From IMG/VR virus record IMGVR_UViG_3300028025_002279, positions 1 to 57,883 of that record: a stretch of 57,883 nt of DNA. One strand, written 5' to 3'. The notes beneath the pieces are model-generated. The model did no database searches, had not been told where the DNA came from, and saw nothing but the letters and a program-made list of their open reading frames with translations. Positions within the stretch are counted from its first letter, which is position 1. Each line of letters opens with the position of its first letter. The position numbers were made by a program, and so were the translations under genes. Below are positions 53,608 to 57,883 of this stretch, piece by piece. Source of the stretch: a virus (taxonomy: Duplodnaviria > Caudoviricetes).

Positions 53608-55623
53608 CTACAGCCTGATGCTGAAAGTCTTAATCGGTATCACAGAATATTCCTTTTCCTTCTTGGCCACCTCAACAGCCACCCCAGATAACAAGCTAAT
53701 CATAAATGCCACACTTCTATCGTATGGGGTTCTGTTTTCATGGTCATACTGCAATAGTTCCTCAAGCAGGTCAATGTATACAACCTTATCGCAATGATTC
53801 TCAATATATGATATACATGTATCTAGCTGCCTAGCCATAGCAAATGCATCTCCAGATGTAACCCCGTATTTGTGAACGGTCCTACGTCTATGCTTATCTA
53901 TAGCAGATTCTGGAGTTCTCATAAGGTAAGACCTAAATCCTTTATTTGAAAAGTAGTCTACGAAATCGTCACCAACGTCATTCTCGTAACATGCACGATA
54001 TCCCCAAAATACAGCACCCTTCAACATCTCATCGTGGAACATAGATTTCATTCTTGGTCTATCTACATATTCAGCAATAGGCATACACGTATTATTTGGG
54101 TCAGAAGGGTCTAGCCTTTCAAATACGTAGCATACTCCCATAGAGCCCTTTCCTGATATTACAGACGACTTAAATGGGTCAATCCCTGACACGTACTTAT
54201 GTGCGTTACCCGGAACCCTAGAACCGTCTACCTCTATAAATTTATTAGCTTCTGTCTTATCTGGTATCTTATAGGCTATCCAAGAGCCCTCTGGGTCGTC
54301 AGCCCAATCTACCGTCCTCTCGTTTTTCCAGTATAGCCTAATTCTTCTAAGGGCAACTCTTTCCTCCTTTAAGAAGTCTATCTGGTTGTATATCTTCTCA
54401 GAGTTGAAGTAACACTTCTTTTGGTCAATCATAAATGCTTCCTCCTCAGTAAAAGGGTTCATCCTTATCTCTTCACTAAGTGCCTTCTTATCTTTAATGA
54501 TTGCCCTCTGTGAAAGAAGGTAATCCTTAGCACCCATAGTTATATTCATTCCGTATCTTTCCTTGATGTACTCCTTCTGCTTTTCAGTAGGGGTATCTAT
54601 TATAGACATACCGAACTCGTCTATAAATCCTTCATATCCATCGTAGGCAGGACAGAAATATCTATAAAGACCAGTAGCTGTATATGCATCATCGAATTGA
54701 GAGCTTCCTTCAAACAACATCTTGTATGGTTCACCACCACTCTTGGCATCGTTTGCTGTAGATGGGATGATACAGAATCCTACCTTAATTGCACCCTTCA
54801 TCATCGTCTTCTTTACAATAGGCCAGTACTGATTTACGGGTACTTCTTTTGGCCACTTACCAGCCTCATCCATGAGTAGGGCAGTTACCCTACCAGAGTC
54901 GTAAGAGTTAAGTGCTGTATTCTTAAAACTAATTTTAGACTCAAGACCAATATCATCGTCAAACACCTGACCTTTCTCTCTTCCCTTAGTCTTTCTTTTA
55001 TCTTTCTTCTTTCTAAATACCAACTCAGTCTTCGTCTCTTCATCTTCTGCTCTAGGCTTAAAGAATACTGGCAAGTTTCTGTATCCGTTCATTACCATAT
55101 ATACGAATGCATCAGATGCGTCCTTACCAGTCTTAGATACGATACCACAGAATGACTTTCTCTGTGTTATAGCTTTCCATACAATGTAACAGGTAGCTTG
55201 TGATGTAGCACCCTCACGACGCTTCTTAATTCTTATAACTCCAAAGCATTGTGGTATCTTCTCACAGTATTCTTGAAAGTAAAAGTATCTTCTGTCTACG
55301 TCACGGTAGTCAGGAAAGTTACCATCTTCTAGCGTCCAATAGTTAAGATAGAAATAGTGTAGTCCATTTATATATGTAGGATTACCATCATTATAAAACC
55401 AATAACCATCATTAATCCTAGCCCACTCTCTCTTGATAAAATTTACGTGTTCATCAGCATATACAGCAGAACCATCTTCATCAAACTCTAGGTCATGAAA
55501 AGACTCTGGTATCTGAATCCTAGTAAACTTTTGCTTAGAAGATTTGTATAGGTCTATGCTAGACTTAGCAGGAACTTCAGGAGTCTTATATGTAATTCCG
55601 TATATATTATGTTCTTGTATCAC
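53608..55623 (-). CDS. terL: terminase large subunit
   Basis: K.RR.G.T Walker A, LLMDEAGKW Walker B, P.T.EEAF, GIDP nuclease Asp. Confidence 0.9.
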   Translation of the reverse strand: MIQEHNIYGITYKTPEVPAKSSIDLYKSSKQKFTRIQIPESFHDLEFDEDGSAVYADEHVNFIKREWARINDGYWFYNDGNPTYINGLHYFYLNYWTLEDGNFPDYRDVDRRYFYFQEYCEKIPQCFGVIRIKKRREGATSQATCYIVWKAITQRKSFCGIVSKTGKDASDAFVYMVMNGYRNLPVFFKPRAEDEETKTELVFRKKKDKRKTKGREKGQVFDDDIGLESKISFKNTALNSYDSGRVTALLMDEAGKWPKEVPVNQYWPIVKKTMMKGAIKVGFCIIPSTANDAKSGGEPYKMLFEGSSQFDDAYTATGLYRYFCPAYDGYEGFIDEFGMSIIDTPTEKQKEYIKERYGMNITMGAKDYLLSQRAIIKDKKALSEEIRMNPFTEEEAFMIDQKKCYFNSEKIYNQIDFLKEERVALRRIRLYWKNERTVDWADDPEGSWIAYKIPDKTEANKFIEVDGSRVPGNAHKYVSGIDPFKSSVISGKGSMGVCYVFERLDPSDPNNTCMPIAEYVDRPRMKSMFHDEMLKGAVFWGYRACYENDVGDDFVDYFSNKGFRSYLMRTPESAIDKHRRRTVHKYGVTSGDAFAMARQLDTCISYIENHCDKVVYIDLLEELLQYDHENRTPYDRSVAFMISLLSGVAVEVAKKEKEYSVIPIKTFSIRL

Positions 55624-56237
55624 TCTCTCAAGAATTTATTTGTAAATCTAGATAGTTTATTGAACATATCTACACCAGTTCCAGTTAGTGAGAATATTCT
55701 CCTAGCATCACCGGGTTTCTTTGCAATCAATACTACCAGACCTCTCTTAATAAGTTTATTTACTGTTGCGTAGAACGCTACATTAACATTCTTCAGTGTT
55801 GTCTCAAAGTCCTTCTTATCAAAAAACTCATACCTACCTGCCCACAATAAAAATGAATATTCCTTCACGTCTAGGTTATAGATACTCATAACCGTGTGGG
55901 TCTGAAACAGAAAATTAGCTAGATGCTTAACCTTGTAGTTGTTAACAGCTATCTTGTTCATAGCATCTCTGTATCCTTCCCTTCTGAACCTTTTTACCTT
56001 ATATGCGTTCTTATATCTTAGCTTTTCTATCTGCTGCTCCTTTCCAAATATGAGCTGGTCTTTTCTGAATAATACCCATCTTAGTCTATCGTATCTTTCC
56101 TTCCACTCGTTTCTTACTTTTTTTACTTTACCCTGTCTCCTTTCTTGCCTTAGCTTTAGTTGGGCTACATGGTTTCTCAGTCTTTTAATCTCATTAAGTA
56201 AGTCTTCAGTTGGACTATTCTTAGTAAAATACTTCAT
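55620..56237 (-). CDS. coiled-coil + winged-HTH protein
   Basis: C-terminal VNKLIKRGLV...R.FSLT.TG (MarR-like). Confidence 0.55.
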   Translation of the reverse strand: MKYFTKNSPTEDLLNEIKRLRNHVAQLKLRQERRQGKVKKVRNEWKERYDRLRWVLFRKDQLIFGKEQQIEKLRYKNAYKVKRFRREGYRDAMNKIAVNNYKVKHLANFLFQTHTVMSIYNLDVKEYSFLLWAGRYEFFDKKDFETTLKNVNVAFYATVNKLIKRGLVVLIAKKPGDARRIFSLTGTGVDMFNKLSRFTNKFLRE

Positions 56238-56527
56238 CGTACTAATTCTTCTATGAGTGGCTTTCTTCTAGCCTTATCCTTCTCTTCGTCTCCAGATAGC
56301 TGGTTGTCCATCCTAAGCTTTTTCATAACCTCATTAATTTCACCTACACTACCAAATAGCTTAAGCACCCTCTCCCAAGAACCATCGTTTCTATCTGACA
56401 GGTCTAGTTTTGTTAGGTCGCTATTATTTAATAGTCCTGTAATCTCGTTGAGTTTACGGTTTAGGGCATAGTATGAACCTACTATACCATCTGATTCGTA
56501 CATCTTTATTTTATCTTCTAATTTCAT
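56234..56527 (-). CDS. hypothetical protein (possible terminase small subunit)
   Basis: 97 aa, helical, upstream of TerL. Confidence 0.5.
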   Translation of the reverse strand: MKLEDKIKMYESDGIVGSYYALNRKLNEITGLLNNSDLTKLDLSDRNDGSWERVLKLFGSVGEINEVMKKLRMDNQLSGDEEKDKARRKPLIEELVR

Positions 56528-57120
56528 CCTTTTCCTATACAGTCTGAGTATTTTAATCTAATTATACTGCTTCTCTTACCACCTATATTGTGGGTAATCT
56601 CATAGTCAGAATATTTGTACACTACAGCTATATCTCCAACTTCAAAGTCTGTTATAGAGTCTGGTTTGTTAACCACCCTCATCATCGTATCTAGCTTTTT
56701 CTTCTCTGTTAAGATAATCCCACCCGGACTTAGTGTATCTTCTTCATACATCCTCTCTACAATCATGAATCCATCTAAGCATATTATCTCTTCGCCACAG
56801 AAACCGAAATAGACGAATTCTTCTTCGATTGAGTGTAGTCTGGTAGTTGTGTCAGGATAGATATCCAATTGATTGTCTGCGTTGATTGCGTTGTGGTGTA
56901 CGAGTACATCTGTTCCTGCTTTTAAGTTTTTATAATCTGTTAATAGTGTAGCTTGTGTAGGATTAGATACTTTACCATCCCAAGAGAATGAAGTATCTAC
57001 AAATAGTTCTATTTCTTTACCATCAGGTCCTGTAACCAAGTGGCTATCCTTAGAACCTTTCTTAACTGAAACGATTACACGTTTACCTACAGGCCTTATT
57101 GTATTGTATAAGTGCTCCAT
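56524..57120 (-). CDS. GroES/Cpn10-like protein with two tandem domains
   Basis: IRPVGKRVIV; then L.G.MIVE...SPGGIIL...VGD..V...Y...DC.G. Confidence 0.7.
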   Translation of the reverse strand: MEHLYNTIRPVGKRVIVSVKKGSKDSHLVTGPDGKEIELFVDTSFSWDGKVSNPTQATLLTDYKNLKAGTDVLVHHNAINADNQLDIYPDTTTRLHSIEEEFVYFGFCGEEIICLDGFMIVERMYEEDTLSPGGIILTEKKKLDTMMRVVNKPDSITDFEVGDIAVVYKYSDYEITHNIGGKRSSIIRLKYSDCIGKG

Positions 57121-57162
57121 GTTTATATGATTGGTTTTTGACGGCTATAACCGCCGTAATAA

Positions 57163-57170
57163 CAAAGTTA
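57163..57170 (-). promoter_or_regulatory. -7 promoter element
   Basis: TAACTTTG upstream of the GroES-like gene. Confidence 0.6.
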
Positions 57171-57473
57171 CTTAAATCTTTCTCCTTTGCCTGAACTTTT
57201 TCCTGAACGATATACTTGAGAGCCTCTGCTCCATAGATAGTGGTATGCCCACCATCCAGCAGATAGCTTAGATGAGTTAGCTTCCTTTGCGTGTCTTTTC
57301 CTATACTGTGCTCTAGCTTCTGGTGAATAGTTAGATGAGTAGCCTTTTGCTCCAAATCTTACAAGCCTAACCTTATCGCCTTCTTTAGCAAGTACAACCT
57401 TCTTATGTACGCCATCATTAGCATCTTTAGGTTTGTTATATCCTGAGAATTTTTCACCTCTATATTCTATCAT
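57168..57473 (-). CDS. small basic phage protein (DUF6321/DUF5754-like)
   Basis: KK.VLAKEG..V.LVRFG..G....RKRH...KLSAG.W....LW. Confidence 0.7.
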   Translation of the reverse strand: MIEYRGEKFSGYNKPKDANDGVHKKVVLAKEGDKVRLVRFGAKGYSSNYSPEARAQYRKRHAKEANSSKLSAGWWAYHYLWSRGSQVYRSGKSSGKGERFK

Positions 57474-57694
57474 TTCATTTTGCTTTTAAGCATCATTAAT
57501 ATCATAGCTTTTTTCTTATCATGAATTCCATTCATTTTACCATGCATTTTTTCATGCATTTTACCTTTTCCATACTCCTGTTCTTTATCATCATCTTCTT
57601 CATCTTCCATCTCGTCTTCCATTTCATCTTCCTTCATTTCCTGAAGTTTTTTATTAGCCAATATTTTGACTATTTCTTTCATATTTAATTTCAT
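57470..57694 (-). CDS. low-complexity charged protein
   Basis: 74 aa; ATGA overlaps on both sides. Confidence 0.6.
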   Translation of the reverse strand: MKLNMKEIVKILANKKLQEMKEDEMEDEMEDEEDDDKEQEYGKGKMHEKMHGKMNGIHDKKKAMILMMLKSKMK

Positions 57695-57882
57695 GACCTA
57701 AACTTTTTTACTTTTTGTGCTACTTTTTTTGGCTGTGCTACGAACTGTTTTCCCTGTTGGTTTCCCTTTGCTTTTGCTTGGTTTGTCTGCTGCTTTTCGC
57801 TTTCGCTTAGGCTTTTCCAAGCTCTCTCCGGTAAATACCGACGCTTCCCCTCCGAAGGCTTCCCAGAGGATGTCATCCATTT
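57691..57882 (-). CDS. DUF5872-like basic protein (5'-truncated by the window)
   Basis: KW.T.SGK.S....RYLP..A...LS..E...TN.AK..G...GKQFV.QP; frame open to the window edge. Confidence 0.7.
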   Translation of the reverse strand, partial: KWMTSSGKPSEGKRRYLPERAWKSLSESEKQQTNQAKAKGNQQGKQFVAQPKKVAQKVKKFRS

Positions 57883-57883
57883 C

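Noticed and set aside
20763-56812. Plus-strand track ORFs over late genes (e.g. 28178-28504, 34384-34761, 39034-39453)
   Set aside because: Antisense shadows with S/L/F-rich composition
57083-57880. Same-strand alternative-frame ORFs 57083-57355, 57698-57880 (also 46047-46241)
   Set aside because: They overlap conserved-looking main-frame proteins rather than linkers and show no family pattern
1-57883. Stop-codon reassignment as in some crAss-like phages
   Set aside because: Long genes are intact in code 11, and TAA, TAG and TGA all end genes
1-57883. CRISPR array, integrase, transposase, reverse transcriptase/DGR
   Set aside because: No regularly spaced repeats or corresponding protein motifs recognised

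Overview
Most of the genome of a lytic, podovirus-type dsDNA phage of a Bacteroidota host. The host call rests on TAnnTTTG/TTTG promoters at ~15 gene starts and A-rich, Shine-Dalgarno-free leaders. The + strand (1-20.2 kb) carries ~60 small early ORFs, a DUF932 protein, two stand-alone DnaA domain-IV proteins, dNMP kinase, Erf recombinase, SNase-like and PD-(D/E)XK nucleases, an SSB-like protein, a primase-helicase fusion and a metallophosphoesterase. The - strand (20.2-57.9 kb) carries lysis genes, two tail fibres, a 2718-aa internal virion protein, and tail, capsid, portal and terminase genes in a crAss-like/Cellulophaga-phage-like order, plus a GroES-like protein. No DNA polymerase, RNA polymerase, integrase or CRISPR array was recognised. 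Four observations stand out: (1) a complete small basic 'MPLK...' gene overprinted in the +1 frame of the giant virion gene; (2) a cluster of structured non-coding RNAs around the Erf gene, including a 175-nt tRNA mimic without a normal anticodon loop; (3) 3'-UTR segments antisense to start-codon regions placed just before terminators; (4) apparent avoidance of GATC and CCWGG. All family calls come from motifs read by eye, not from database searches.
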